NCBI RefSeq assembly: GCF_032191835.1
Contig: NC_083233.1
Span: 51,336,001-51,400,000 of the forward strand
Length of the DNA stretch: 64,000 bases
Origin: Heteronotia binoei
Lineage: Eukaryota
Direction of reading: 5' to 3'
Positions 43,801 to 56,200 of this stretch are shown one piece after another (within the stretch, counting starts at the first letter, position 1; every line of letters starts with the position of its first letter). The translations under genes and the position numbers were made by a program. The notes beneath the pieces are model-generated. The model was not told the origin of the DNA, searched no databases, and saw only the letters and a program-made list of their open reading frames with translations.

Positions 43801-46249
43801 AGTTTTTTCTCAGTACTCCTGACAACAGCCTTGTGATGTAGGCCATTATTTCTGTCCCATTACTGTATGTGGGCAGCCAAAGGGAAGGCCTCTTGACTTG
43901 CCAAAGAGACATGAGTGGACTGGGGACTGTTCAACTCACACTTATAGTCATGGCATTTTAAATGTCATGTGCGTACATTGCATAATACTGCTTTTTATTG
44001 CAGAATTTGGATATCCTTAGCAGAGAATGTTGGCTGACCCTTTACAGAAACTTTTCTACAGCATTGCCCGAGGCCAGTCATCAGCAGCTCTTCAGGGATT
44101 TCACCCTGGGAATCCTAGATCCCAATCCAACAAAATAGTTAGGGCACCTTTCCTGTGCTCAAAAACAGCCTTGTCTGCAGCAGTTGCCAGACTTGCTGAA
44201 ACAGAACTCCAAGTTGTGCATCTCTATCCTGACAGTGCAAATCAAAACTGTGCTAAAATGCAGCCCTGAGATCTGCAGCACTTGCTGCCAGGAAGAGAAA
44301 CCTGCAGAAGCAACATAGTTAATGCACTGCCATCCCTGGAGCTGTAGACCCTCAGTAGCAGATCCTGGACCTCCTAAAGCTACAGTGGCTAGTTGGTCTT
44401 CTGGAGGTTGACAAGCCACCAGACAGATAGCAGTAATGCCTACCCTCCTCTCTGATTCAAGTCATCCTTGTTCTGATTGACAATCCGGGACAATTCTTGA
44501 TTGAATTGAATGGGAGAGGCAGTTAGATGTCTGGGGAGCCATAGTTTGCTCAGATCCTCCTTCAGCCTTCTGTACATACATCTCGTAAGTGATGGGAATA
44601 GCTTAGGGAAAAGTGGGTATCTGGGTGGTGGCAGCATAGGAAACCAAGAATCTGAAGGATTCCAGATGGAACAGCTTGGTCAGACACCAGAGATCTTACT
44701 ACTTTGAACGAGTGTTGACCAGAGTGGAGTTTGGTTGTGTCAGTCATCTCCAGTCCATATGTATGGGCTGAGTTCTTGATCATCTGTGTTTCAGGCAACT
44801 TTAAGATATGGCATTTAAAAAAATAAAATTTAAACAGACCAATAGGCAAACAGCTGAAGCTTGCTCTCTCTTCTCACTTTGTTTTCAGCAATAATCGCAT
44901 TTCACTGGAAGGAGCCCTTTGCCTTGCTCTGGGCCTGAAAGAAAACAAGACTCTCAGGTGCCTCAGCGTGAGTAGCTTTTCAGAGAAGATTGGATCCTGA
45001 TACTTTGGCACAAAGAAACAAATGAATTTCCCTGTTGTGATCTGCAGGTGGCCAGAAACCCCATACAGAGTGAAGGCTGCATTAGGATTCTGAAATCCAT
45101 CCAAGCAAATCCTGGTGCTGTCTTAGAAGTTCTGGATTTTTCAGTAGGTGTTAATGGATGGAAGGGGGCAAGGTGTGGTCTGTGAATGATAGGAGAAGAG
45201 ATGGGATTAGCAAATCATCTGTTTGTACAGTGGTACTTTAGCAATGGTGGGAAAGTGTGATCCAAAAGAGAACTCATTCATGATTGTTTGTAGTTGAGAG
45301 TGATGCTATGGATGGGTTTAGCTCTTCCGAAGATATGTGATGAGTTGGTTGCTGCTGTTTCACAGAATTGATGGTTGGCTTGTAGAAGTCATTGCTTCTG
45401 CTTTGGATTAGACAGATTTGTGGAGGACTATCTACAGCTATTAGTAAATGATGGCTAAGTGGAACTGAATGCTTAGGCCACTCAGTTAAATTTGGCTGCT
45501 TCCTATAGAACCCACTTGCAAACTTACTAGAGACATCTGTCTCAAGTGCTGGAGAACTTGAACCTTGGTCTATTGCAAGAAGGCCAGTCTTATGTTCTTC
45601 CTGCCCCTCCCAAAATCTCTGTGACCTGGCACCCTCCTTTGCTATGCCTACTGCAGTTCAGTGAAAGCTCAGCCTCTTCCCTTCTCCTTGGCAAGATCAC
45701 TTTGCTTTGGGGGTCAATAAGCAACTTTGTTCTGACTTCCTTCTCTGGTGATTTCTTTTAGTCATCTGTTTTACTCCTTGGAGGTGACATTTCCACCTCC
45801 AGCCTGAAGCTGGTTTCTGTTTCATGTTGTGCTGAGTAGATGCAAGAGTGGGGACAAATACTGTTTTGTAAGAACGATCCCTGTCTCTCCCCCATCAGAA
45901 GAAATTTCTCATTGTGTCTGACCAGTTTTTCAGATGGTGCAAAAGAAAAGAAGCACCCAATTCAACCCACCAAAAAAGGAACTTTGCTGGCGATCATGGG
46001 CCCTGCCTGGACAAAAGCCACATGAGGCCTGGCACTGTAGTAAAGAGGGAGATTGGGCAAGATGATGTCTAAAATCTTGCTGGACACAACCCTTTATGTA
46101 GTAAAGCATCTTTTCTCCCTTTTCAGGAGATTGTATTGAAGCAGGATTTCACAGGCCTGTGTGATGCTGTCCAGGAAACCTTTCCAGGCCTCCAGATCAA
46201 ACACGATGGGACCAGACCCTCGTTCAGAGCAAACCAGTCCAAGATGTGA
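31699..46249 (+). CDS. LRRC74B: Leucine-rich repeat-containing protein 74B, about 431 aa, 10 coding exons
   Basis: join 31699-31836, 35547-35697, 36512-36654, 38783-38915, 39386-39592, 41294-41403, 43641-43756, 44889-44967, 45048-45143, 46127-46249 totals 1296 nt; WDTDLEME, HHGLGPKGAKA, DVDLSENRLG, LDLSHN, ANIFLQVLDLSYNGFGD, NNRIS, RNPIQSEGC and LEVLDFS match LRRC74B RI-like LRRs. Exon 1 is the least certain. Confidence 0.93.
31895..31907 (-). promoter_or_regulatory. ZNF143/THAP11-type ACTACAATTCCCA motif
   Basis: Plus strand tgggaattgtagt, the reverse complement of the motif core. Confidence 0.65.
32051..32264. mobile_element. TAGGGTTGCCA-type MITE
   Basis: TIRs tagggttgcca / tggcaacccta; family copies at 53532 (partial) and 56717-56911. 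Confidence 0.8.
32265..34320 (-). mobile_element. CR1 LINE reverse transcriptase fragment, interrupted by a hAT element
   Basis: PGPDELHPRVLKEL, KKGKKDNPGNYRPISLTSIP, QHGFLKNKSCQTNLISFF, GVPQGSVLGPVFFNI, IKFADDTKLGG and DRLQDDLDRL RT motifs; colinear across the 33017-33912 insertion. Confidence 0.95.
33017..33912. mobile_element. Non-autonomous hAT element with CpG-rich cargo (candidate Pack-TIR)
   Basis: TIRs cagaggcgtcactagg / ccccagtgacgccactg; perfect 8-bp TSD gtatagac at 33009-33016 and 33913-33920; three 21-nt subterminal repeats acttggccccagggtgcaacc. Confidence 0.92.
34330..34413 (-). mobile_element. Squam3-like SINE tRNA head
   Basis: Minus strand ggggagggatggtggctcagtggtagagcatctgcttggtaagcagaaggtcccaggttcaatc. 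Confidence 0.8.
35547..35697 (+). CDS. LRRC74B: LRRC74B exon 2 (acidic)
   Basis: tctcag acceptor, gtattt donor; ends EEEWDTDLEME. Confidence 0.9.
36512..36654 (+). CDS. LRRC74B: LRRC74B exon 3
   Basis: SKKVYDPSGKAKYLEICQTYGVTPVSYFIRHMKDSELSLMHHGLGPK. Confidence 0.93.
38783..38915 (+). CDS. LRRC74B: LRRC74B exon 4
   Basis: GAKAVALSLASNTSVVKLNLSDNWLNGDGTAAVAEMLKENCYIS. Confidence 0.93.
39386..39592 (+). CDS. LRRC74B: LRRC74B exon 5
   Basis: VDLSENRLGVKGAKALSAML...LDLSHNAFGESA. Confidence 0.95.
41294..41403 (+). CDS. LRRC74B: LRRC74B exon 6
   Basis: EVLGAAIAENAGMKELNLSWNCFRGHGAIAVAKGLK. Confidence 0.95.
41667..42078 (+). mobile_element. Sauria SINE interrupted by an antisense 5'-truncated Squam3-like fragment (about 41907-42026)
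   Basis: ccccgtggcgcagagtgttaaagctgcagtactgcag head; tail accccagagttggaaacgactggtgcttgcacagggg resumes after the catatgaacatatgaagctgcc insert. Confidence 0.85.
42383..42611 (+). mobile_element. 5S rRNA-derived SINE
   Basis: cctgacctggatagcccagg...gatcttggaagc...ggccctggctagtatttggatgggagacc; 11-bp TSD aaggacaatgt. Confidence 0.85.
43641..43756 (+). CDS. LRRC74B: LRRC74B exon 7
   Basis: ANIFLQVLDLSYNGFGDKGAAALGEALKINNVLEELNV. Confidence 0.95.
44889..44967 (+). CDS. LRRC74B: LRRC74B exon 8
   Basis: NNRISLEGALCLALGLKENKTLRCLS. Confidence 0.93.
45048..45143 (+). CDS. LRRC74B: LRRC74B exon 9
   Basis: VARNPIQSEGCIRILKSIQANPGAVLEVLDFS; preceded by an 80-nt intron. Confidence 0.93.
46127..46249 (+). 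CDS. LRRC74B: LRRC74B exon 10 (to stop)
   Basis: EIVLKQDFTGLCDAVQETFPGLQIKHDGTRPSFRANQSKM then TGA. Confidence 0.88.
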   Translation, partial: EIVLKQDFTGLCDAVQETFPGLQIKHDGTRPSFRANQSKM

Positions 46250-49200
46250 ACCCCTTCTTGGGGTCATGGAAGGTGAAGAGGCTGCTTAAACGGCATCTGA
46301 GAAGCCTCCATGCCTCTTAACCACTCACGTTGCACAGTCACCTCTGATCAAGATGTTCTTGCAGGTTTTTAGTCTATTGGAAAGCTGCTGAATCTACTGG
46401 GCCAGAGACAACAACCAGACAAAAGATGTGACACCTGCATCAAAGTCACCTCAGTTCTCTGAATGATCTGCTGTCACCTGTCTATATCCAAACACTGCAA
46501 TCCACAAGCATTCAAAATGCTTTTGGATTGCATCTTTTTCCAGTGATTCTCTGTTTTGATCCCTGTCCAAACACTGGCAGTAATGCCTCAGATACATGGA
46601 CTCTCACCCTCCTAACAAAATCCTAGACTGGAAAAAAACAGACTGTATGCTGGGAGGGAGGTGGGAGGAATTTTCCTTCATGTATGTCAGTCTTCTCTGA
46701 ACGCCACTTCAGTAAGGACAGAACAGCATGCAGCCTGAGAGACAGGTGATTGGTTCTCCTGATGTTTTATTTAGTACTAAAAGGCAGGGAAGAGGAGCGG
46801 ATTGAAATTATGGCTTTGGGGGAAGAGGATTAAGGCTTGGTTTAGAAAAAGACAACAGCCTGTGTGGCCAATAACAGGTTTGGATGGGAGAGAGTTCATT
46901 TATAGGAGGGGGGGATTCCAAATCTCCAATATGTGGTTCCCTTCTGAGGTACCACAAGAAGTTGGTATTGATGCTACCTTGTGGCAAAGTGCTAATAATT
47001 AATAAGCCCTATAGTTTGAAGGAGGAAAGACACATGCATAGGGTTACCTGATATCCTCTTCTTATTATTCCCAGTTAGTAGCAGTTATCACTGCTTAAAT
47101 AGTAGGGTTATTGAAAATGAGATTTGTCATAGAGATCACTTGTTTGAAATAGTCTGTCAGGAAACGTATCCTCTTTTTTTGCTTTTCAAAATATGGTAAC
47201 CCTACACATGCTCAAAACTTCAAGGAATCTTGGGATGGTATCTGGGTGATGAAAGCCCCAAAGATGTGTGCTTAGGGCAGCAGAAAGGGCATATCAGGGA
47301 GATTGCAAATGTGGCTAGAGCATCTGGTTCTTTTGTGCACAGAGATATATGTGGTTCAAGGAAATGTCAGTTTACACAAGAGCAGTGTCTCATCTAGTTG
47401 GGCTCCTGGGGAAAGTCCATGGGAGCAAGAGCAATTACAATAGGGTTGTGATTGTCTCTGGGTAGCAGCTGTGGCTCCCACCCCCCCCCCCCCCTTTAAG
47501 GTTTCTTGAGAAGTCCTTGAATGCTAGATGGCCCAGTGGATTCTCTGCTCTTCCCTTTCCAGTTACTAGTATGAATGATGGGAGTGGAGCCCATAATCAT
47601 GTTACAATTCCACCCCTAAGTGTGGCTGTATGCTTCTTAGCCGAGGTGGTCTGTGTATCTTGGCTTTATACATACATTGGGATGACATTGTCACAAGCAA
47701 TAAAGAGTCTCAGTTCTCCCTTGACTTATTAAAGAGGCATGCCTTGGAACATATCCTCCATCCCTTGTCTGCAAATGCTGCACTGCTCTATCCTGTATTC
47801 CCCAAAGTTTTGATAGCTAAGGGTGAAGCTGCACGGTATACTGTGTAGTCACAGGCGAATATACAAGTATGAATAAGAACTGCAAAGCAGGAGAAGGTTC
47901 CTCCTCAACTCCCCCTTCACCATTTCCCCCAATTGAAACTGGGTTTCCTGGGCTGTTTATAACCACAGTAGCAGAACAAAGATAATCTGCTTCTTCTCCC
48001 CCACCCCCTATTAATAGCAGCCCAGGTTATGCTTGTACAAAGTGTTAGCTTTTCTCATAGCTGTGGTCCTTATCTATATCCCCCCCCCGGTTGCTTTTTA
48101 ATGCTAAGTTGCATGTTGGAGGAATCAGACAACTTCCCGTTTGCTAGTGGTGATCAGGCAGCCAGTCTTCAGGAGTAGGCTGGGAGTCAGCCTCTGATCT
48201 CCTCCTAGGGGAATTTTTGCTCTGTACTCAGCTAAGATTTTTTAGGGTTGAGATCAGAAGCTGACTCTCAGGTGATCAGCTAGAAGTTGAGCTCTTCTGA
48301 TCTCTGGTCCTGGAAAAGTTGCTGCCTCCCAGATGTAGCAAGTTGGGGTGGGTAGGTGGTTCAGCTGATTTCCCCTTCTTTCCACTGTAAGCTACTGGCT
48401 TGCCCTGCAGAGAAAAGGAAAGAAACCGGCTCTTTCGCCTCTTCCTTTTTAAATGCAACTATTAAAACCACTGCTCAGAGGGTAAGAAAGAGAGATGGCC
48501 TTTTTCTTTTCTCCCTTTTGCAACATCATTGGACTTATCCTATCCACATGAGATTCTTTTATTGGTTCTGGCCCCATACTGATTTAGTTTAATTCCAATT
48601 TCCATGTACATTTTTGTGCCTTTTGTTTTCACTTCTGTTTGTCCCCTGGGTTTGTTTTGTTTCTTTTGAGACTACTTTTACCCCAGTCTCTTTCTGGAAG
48701 CCAGTTTTGAGTTGCCTTCTTCTTGATCTTAGGGATCCCTTCCAACTCAATGATTCTGTGATTCATGCATAATATTATTTTTCCCCACGCACCTCCACCC
48801 TACATTTTCATTATTTGTCTGTCATTGTCAAACCACTCCCCCACCCCCCCGGAGATGAGTGTTTTTTTGATTTTTTTTAAAAATTACAACCCTTGATATA
48901 TTCTTGTCATGATAGGTTTTGCAGGTTCTCTGCATTCCCAGCTTTCATTTAAATAAACAAGTCCCTATCCCTCACTCATGTGGAGCTATGCCTTTTTCCT
49001 TATATCACCATAAGGGATGGAGCTAAAGACTTCTTTAAAAAAACAAAAGCTGAGAATTCAGAGAACCTGCTAAACTTATCATTACAAGGTGGGACAAAAC
49101 ATCTGTGTGGAAATGTCCAGGGAAAAACTTCCCAGTGACTAAAAAATTAGTTGGCAATGGAACCAATTACATGGGCTGTGGTGGGCATCTGTCTCCTTGG

Positions 49201-52200
49201 AGGTCTTCATGCAGAGACTTGCAGGGTTTCAGCCAGAATAGGGAGGTGACATAAGAGCTGTCCATGGAAAGGAGGAGTTTGAAAAAGGACCAAAGGTTGG
49301 GAGTGGGTCGTATGACAGGGGGCTGGGCCAAAGCAGCCAAAGCACCAAAAATTCTCCTTGAAATGCAGCATGCAGGACTGTATATGGTATTCCTCATGAA
49401 GGTACAGCAGAGGGCTAAACCCATGTTCCATGTTGGACCTGTACTAATTAACTATTCTGATTGGCAAGGGGCTGCTCAGTTCTCAATGGAGGGCTTCCAC
49501 ATTTTGCAATCTGGAATGTGTAATAGTGAAAAACTCCTTTTGAAAAATGATAAAGAAGCACTGGCTTCTGAGAAATATGTTCTAGTTATTGTGGAATGTC
49601 ACTACAGCTGTGTTCTGGATTCTCCTTTAGAAAGGCCCTGTCAGAGATTTTGTTACAAAGGGAAAGTGCTGAGCTTCAAAATGGCTGCCATGACAGCTGT
49701 AAGTACCCATTAGGAAGTGATTCTTAGTTGTTGTTCTGCTGGTATTGACTTGTCCCACAAACAGCTCTTTCCATGGGCAGCCTGCAGGAAGCAAACTGTG
49801 AACAAGGGGGGAAAAAATCATAGCAACTCAGAATCAAGGAGGAACAAACCTTTATCAGTTTAGCTGGGGCGAGCCATTGCACAGAGCAGAGCGGTAGCAA
49901 GGGCAGGGAAACACTGTTACTGATGATAGCACCACCATGCCTGCTTGCAGTTCAGTGGCAGATGGAATAAGTATAAAGCAGTCTGAACACCAAGGGAAGT
50001 AGCGTGCATGAACTGGGCAGCACTCCTGGAGTCCACAGACAGTAGTTGCACAGTAGACAGACCAGCATACAATACATACTCTCCTGTGTGTGTGCATGCA
50101 TGCACACACGCACTGAAAACCAGGCTGGAGTGGCCAGACTACATCCATACTTGAGAAGAAGAAAATAAGCACAGGTTTTGGTGGTGGCTTCAGGACTTCT
50201 CTTTCAAAAGCATTGCAAGTGGGAAACCCAGATTGTCTTCAGTAATTCCACAGGAGGCTCCTTGACCTTCCTCCAACTAGCTATCCATTTCCCCCTCCCT
50301 TCAAGCTGCTTGGTCTCATTGAGCTATGAAGGTGACCATGCCCAAGGCAAACAACAGAGGGACAGTACAGCTGATAGCAGAACCAGTGTGTCATATTGTC
50401 AGATTAAAACAGGAGATTCCCATTTAAAACTCTGCTCAGCCCTGCAGCTCACTTGATCACTTTGGGCCAGTCACTTGTGCACATTCTGCCTAGCCCATTT
50501 CATAGGCTTCTTGCGAAGTTAAATATGGAGGCAGCAAAAACCACAGACACCACACTGAGCTCTGCTGAGGGAGGGATAAATATTTGTCAAATAGCTGCCT
50601 GCTGGGTCCAACTGCATAACTCGCTTAACATCTGTGCTTAAATGGAAAATCATTGTATCTGCACAAAAGTGCAACTCATATGAGTTTTCTGGCAATGGTT
50701 TGCTTTTTAAGATAAGTAATTAAGATGACATTTAGGTACTGTATGGGGGAATTGTGCTCTAATTTATGTAACTTGCAGAGCGAATGTTCAGCCACTAGCA
50801 GAGATTCATCTGAGAGCAAGGGACAAAAGAAATGGTTACGAAGGCACATAAGGGCAGGGAGGCCATCTTGGAATGCCTAAGCTAGAAGAATTGGGTGGTG
50901 TGGCCTGTGCTGCTTCAGGATATTAATATCCCTGATACATGGCAGTATAAAGCCTTTTTTTAAAAAAATCTCTGTTTTCTGCTTCATTGGTAGACTCCAA
51001 TCTCAGGCCACAAGAAATAATTCAGGGTTTTTTTGTTTGTTTTGTTTTAAAGAAAGGCTTCTATGACCCCTCTCCAAAATGAGGCAGCCAACTGCCTCAC
51101 TGTATGCTGAGCTGCTTTGGCTTTGCCTCCTTGCTGTTGACCTTACATTGGCTGTCCCTGAATGACTGCCGCTTCTCCCCCTGTGATGCAGCATAATGGC
51201 CAGTCCAAAACAGTAATTCATGCAGAGACATGGAGGTCGGGCTCATCTGAAGGCAGGCAGGTCTTAATGTACACTAACAGTAAAGCTTCTGGTATGCACC
51301 TCAGTTACATGAAGCCTGAAACAATTTTACCAGCTGTAAACCCCACCAACTTCTAACTGCTGAGGAGGAAGAAGCCATTTGGGGCTGGTAAAAATGACTA
51401 CAGGTGTTGCAGGGTAAACTGGAGGCTGTGGGAGCTGTGGGAGGCTGTTCTTCGCTAAGAACATAAGTGAAGCCATGTTGGATCAGGCCAATGGCCCATC
51501 CAGTCCAACACTCTGTGTTACACCATGGCCAAAAAACCCAGCTGCCATCAGGAGGTCCATCAGTGGGGCCAGGACACAAAAAGTCCCACCACTATTACCT
51601 AGGGTCAGGAAAGGTTGTGTGAGGATGGGAGTATCAGACATGGGCCTAGCAGACCCAACTTCAGATCCCCATGGCCAGAGAAGCTTGCTGGGTGATTTTG
51701 GACTAGTCACACTCTCTCCATCTAACCTACTTCACAGGGTTGTGAGGATAATCATGGAGAAGAACAATGTAAGCTACTTTGGATCTCCATTGGAGAGAAA
51801 GATGAGGTATAAATTAGGTAAACAAATACAAAATAATTGGTTTAATGTCTTGTGCTAGCATCTGATTTTGGAGTTCCTTGGCTTGTCTACTGCAGCACTT
51901 ACTGCTGTTTCCCTCTTAAAACTTAAGTCACAAGGGAGAGCTGCAAAAGATGCAAATTACATTTTGAGTAGAGCAGAGAATCTGAACAGGCTGGTGCCTT
52001 TGTGATGCAGCTCTGAAATGAGGGATGCACCTTGGGTGTAGAATAGGGACAAGGCATTTTAGTGCTTTGGGTAAGAAAAGCCTGGTAACACTCCTTCCAC
52101 TCAGGAATTTAGGATCTAATCCACAAGGAAATTCTCCTTGGAGGCCCCATTTAAACAAACAGGAACTGCATGGCATACTCTAGAAAGTGCCCATTCCCTT

Positions 52201-53093
52201 TAGCAGGACAGGCACAGGAAAAAGTTGTGGAAGACTGAGCCCTTCGCTTGAATGCTACTGCCCTCTGCTTGGGTACACCTGATTGAAAGTTCCTGGACAG
52301 ATCTTCTTGATTGGCTCCATCTTTATTGGCCCTTCTAATCTAGAGCCTCCAAACATTTGGGCTATTTGCTTGTGATAGAAATGGTACTTTTGGAGAAGCC
52401 ATTGTCCTTAATGTGATGGGAAAAGCCGCAATGGCTTCAATGTATGCTCAGATTCACTGAAAGTGCATCCAAACACTACCCAAAGACTGTAAGGGAGAGA
52501 AACTCAAGAGTCTGAAAATGCCCATTTTTTGTACCCTCCTCCCCCACAATTTGCCATTTTTGCTGACTTCAGACTGTATTTGTGGAGGACAGAAAAAGGA
52601 TCACCTAGCTCAGAAAAGGTTCTTGCCTAGTCATGATCTCAGCTCTCTTCTGGAGGAAGCCTATTCAGCCTGCCTTGGTATGAAATAATAGGTGCCTGCC
52701 TGCAACCACAATCCAGACCACATCTGCACAACCTAAATGGACCATTTTCCTCCAATGTTGATCAAATTCTTGTTACAGGAAGACTAAGATCCTAAAGAAA
52801 GGCAACATGAACAAGCAGGTATCACGGATATGTGGCCACAGAAGGGGAGAAACCTACAACTGATAGAAGCCCAACTCCAAGCTGGATAACAGAAGAGAAT
52901 GGGCAGCCATCTTGCAAGAGGAAGGGGGCATAAGCAAGAAACTTAAAACCATGACTCTCTGCTGCACTGAGAGTAACTGGCCGCTCTCAAAGACTTCCTG
53001 GCTGGGATGGACGAGGGCCATTTTCTCCACAGAGCAGTGGGTTGGAGGCTAGGCAGGGACGGTGGAGAGTCTCCTCTTCATAGGCTTTCCCTA

Positions 53094-53290
53094 TCATCTC
53101 TTTGCTTCTTCTTCTTCCGCTGTTTCATCCAACCCCTGAGATGGCTGCGTGGTAGGCTGAACTGTTTGGACAGTCTCTTCTAGGCTGCTGCTAGGGAAGA
53201 CCACATAGCGGGCACTGATGACGTGCCCCTGAGCCTCCCGCAGGTTCTCTTTGCTGTGCCAGATGCCATACCCAAAGTAGACCAGCAAGC
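53094..53290 (-). CDS. SLC7A4: SLC7A4 last coding exon
   Basis: [16 protein letters not shown]...EEEEAKR then TGA. Confidence 0.95.
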
Positions 53291-56200
53291 CTAAGGCAAA
53301 GAGGAACAAGAGTAAAAGCAAATCCAAACATATCACCATAGGTCAAAATCACACCACGATCCCTTTGTGCAGGCCCAGAACTAAATCATTTATGATGAGG
53401 AGCATAAAGATTGCAGGGAGAGCATAAGTTAATTTGAAACAGAAAAATCCCTGTAAATCCAATATTATTACAAATTATTAATTCGAATTTAATTTGATTT
53501 TAAGTACCAGGTGTCCAGTTGCTCCTTGGGGTAGGGTTGCCAACTCTGGGATTGAAAATTCCTGGAGCTTTGGGGAGGATGGAGTTAGAGGAAAGGAATT
53601 TAATAATTTTGTAATGATATGTCCTGTGATATCACATCCAGATCAAAGGTCAGTTCCTGCATCTCCCCTTCCTGTGAGATTCCTCTCACCAAAACTCAAC
53701 TTTTATATATTTTCCATTACATATCACGCCCCCCTAGTGTTCCCTCGAAGCTGAGTTAGTGTGAACTCTCTCGCAGTTTTTTAGCCTCCAGCTCACGATT
53801 TTTCCTTAACTCAGTAAAGGTGGCCCCAGAGGAAACTAATTTATGCAGCAGACAAATCGCTCACTCACAACTTTAATGCTAGTAGTTTATGAAGTAGAAT
53901 TTTTGCTCACAAGACTCCAAAGCTTCAATGGACCTTTGCTTTCTCCCTTCCCCGCCCCCCCCATCTTGCATCACTTGTTGGGGTTTGTATGTATGTGTTC
54001 TGTATGTCACACTAACCTTTTAGGAAGGGCTGTAGCTCAGAAGAACTTGACATACAGAAAACCCCAGGTTCAATCCCTTCTTAACTCAAAAGCTTCTGTT
54101 TGTTCGATATTGTGTCAAACCCCCTGCAACCTTTTTCTGCTTTGAGAAAAGTCCTTCATACAAGCCAGATCCTGCAGGGTGACTTCCAAGCAATGATGAA
54201 AAAACAAACCAATCAGGCGCCTGGCTGAGTGCTTCCAAGCACTGCCATCTCCCACCTCATCCCAATCCCCTGGCCTAGTTTATACTTTGGGCCATTTCCT
54301 AACTGCAGATAGGGAAAGTTCCCTCAAAATAGTGTAGCTGTCAAGTCAGATTTTCTTCCCAGTGCTCTTGTTCTCATTGCCACTGTTAAGGGGGAGAAAC
54401 AAACAAATAAAAAAGAAACAATCGAGAAAAAGTTATGCAACCAGCCAGAGAAGAATGGGTTCAGTCAATAAAGGGTTAACTGCCCAGCAGCACTGCTCTC
54501 TTCAGCTTCCCTTCCTCCTTATTTGCAGGGCAATTGCTAAAAGGCAGGTTGCACACCTCCACTGGTATTACCATGAAAGGGCTGGAGGATTTTCTTTAAA
54601 ATGAAAGCTGGGCATTCAGAGAGGAGGGGGCTGGCATATCTCTAGGAGAGCTATTCCCCTACCTGCTCTCGTTACTGCAGGCTAAGCAATGTGGCAAATA
54701 AATAAACATGTAGATATTTGTGAGTTTCCTGCACTGTGCAGGGGGTTGGACTAGATGACCTGGAGGTCCCTTCCAACTCTGATTCTATGTAAAACAGTAC
54801 AATGGGATTCCACTAGCTAGAAGGAAGCAGGAAGAGCAGCATATCAGCTCTAATGAGAGACAAAAGTAAACTACCTAGCTGACCAGGAAGTGTTTGTCAA
54901 TCATTTACTCAGATCCCAGGCTGAGACAAACTCACTGAGTTAGCATACAGAAAAAAGGCATACTGCCCAAGTGATTAAATGGCAGTCTCTCCCCGCAAGC
55001 CTGGGCTCTAGCAGCAAAGGACAAACTCTGCAGCTTGTCAGCTTAAAAGGGCACCCAGACCAGGGCTGGCTCTGCCACTAGGCAAAGCAGGTGATTGCCT
55101 AGGGTGCCAGCCTTCTGGGGGTGCCGAATTAGGTGCCCCCCATGTGACTTGGTGATGTTATCAGTGAGGGGGGGCAGAAGTTAGCCTTGCCTAGGGTGCC
55201 GGACAGTCTCGGGCCAGTCCTGACCTGGACAAAATACTATACTTCACCAAACAGGTGGCTATTGTGGAAAGTGTGTCAAGCAGGGCTACCAAGAGCCACC
55301 AAGGGCCCCCTGACCAAAGATTCCACCTGCCCCCCCAAAAAATATGACCTTGATCCAAATCATAACAAAACAAATCACTTGGCTGGCAGTTACCATGTAA
55401 CTATACTAATAAAAGAATCCTCATGTCCATCTGTCAATTTGTGGCAGGCAGGGCTTTTTTTGTAGAAAAAGCCCAGCAGAACTCATTTGCATATTAGGCC
55501 ACACCCCTGACACCAAGCCAGCTGGAACTGCATTCCTGTTTTAAAAAAGCCCTGGTAGCAGGCATAACTCATCAGGAATCTCAAAATTGGCCACCAGCTC
55601 CAGGATGATCATGGGAGTTCCAAGGCCAAAAATGAAAGGAATTGGAACATCCTGGCCAAGTTATCTTTGCAATGGAAGCCAAACAAAGNNNNNNNNNNNN
55701 NNNNNNNNNNNNNNNNNNNNNNNNNNNNNNNNNNNNNNNNNNNNNNNNNNNNNNNNNNNNNNNNNNNNNNNNNNNNNNNNNNNNNNNNNNNNNNNNNNNN
55801 NNNNNNNNNNNNNNNNNNNNNNNNNNNCCTCCCCGCCGGAGCAGGCTCAGGGCGGCTAACAGGACATGGTATATACCATGATCAGTTATACAATTCATAA
55901 AAGATACAGTTAAAATACAATTTACATAAAAATTATAAAACCATAGTAAATTAAAGGCAGATTAACATTCTGTTATCATGCATGTAAAGAGTGGAGGGAT
56001 GTGGAGGGAAGCTTTGATAGATTATAGGGAAATTATTAAGGGTGTGACAAACAGGATTGAACTCCAAAGGGAAGGCTTTTAAAGGGACTGCACACCTTTT
56101 AAATGCATTAGAAAATAATGAAGGATAGAGGCACCTTTTTGAGGGACTCATAGAATCAGACCCCCTGATCCAATATTTTTGAAACTTGGGGGGTTCTTTT

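Noticed and set aside
44968-45047. Very short (80-nt) LRRC74B intron as a possible minor-class or retained intron
   Set aside because: Ordinary GTGAGT donor and CAG acceptor; size is within the normal vertebrate range.
49264-49713. 149-aa intergenic ORF
   Set aside because: Starts at a chance codon, has no recognisable domain or splice context, and lies in probable UTR or intergenic sequence.
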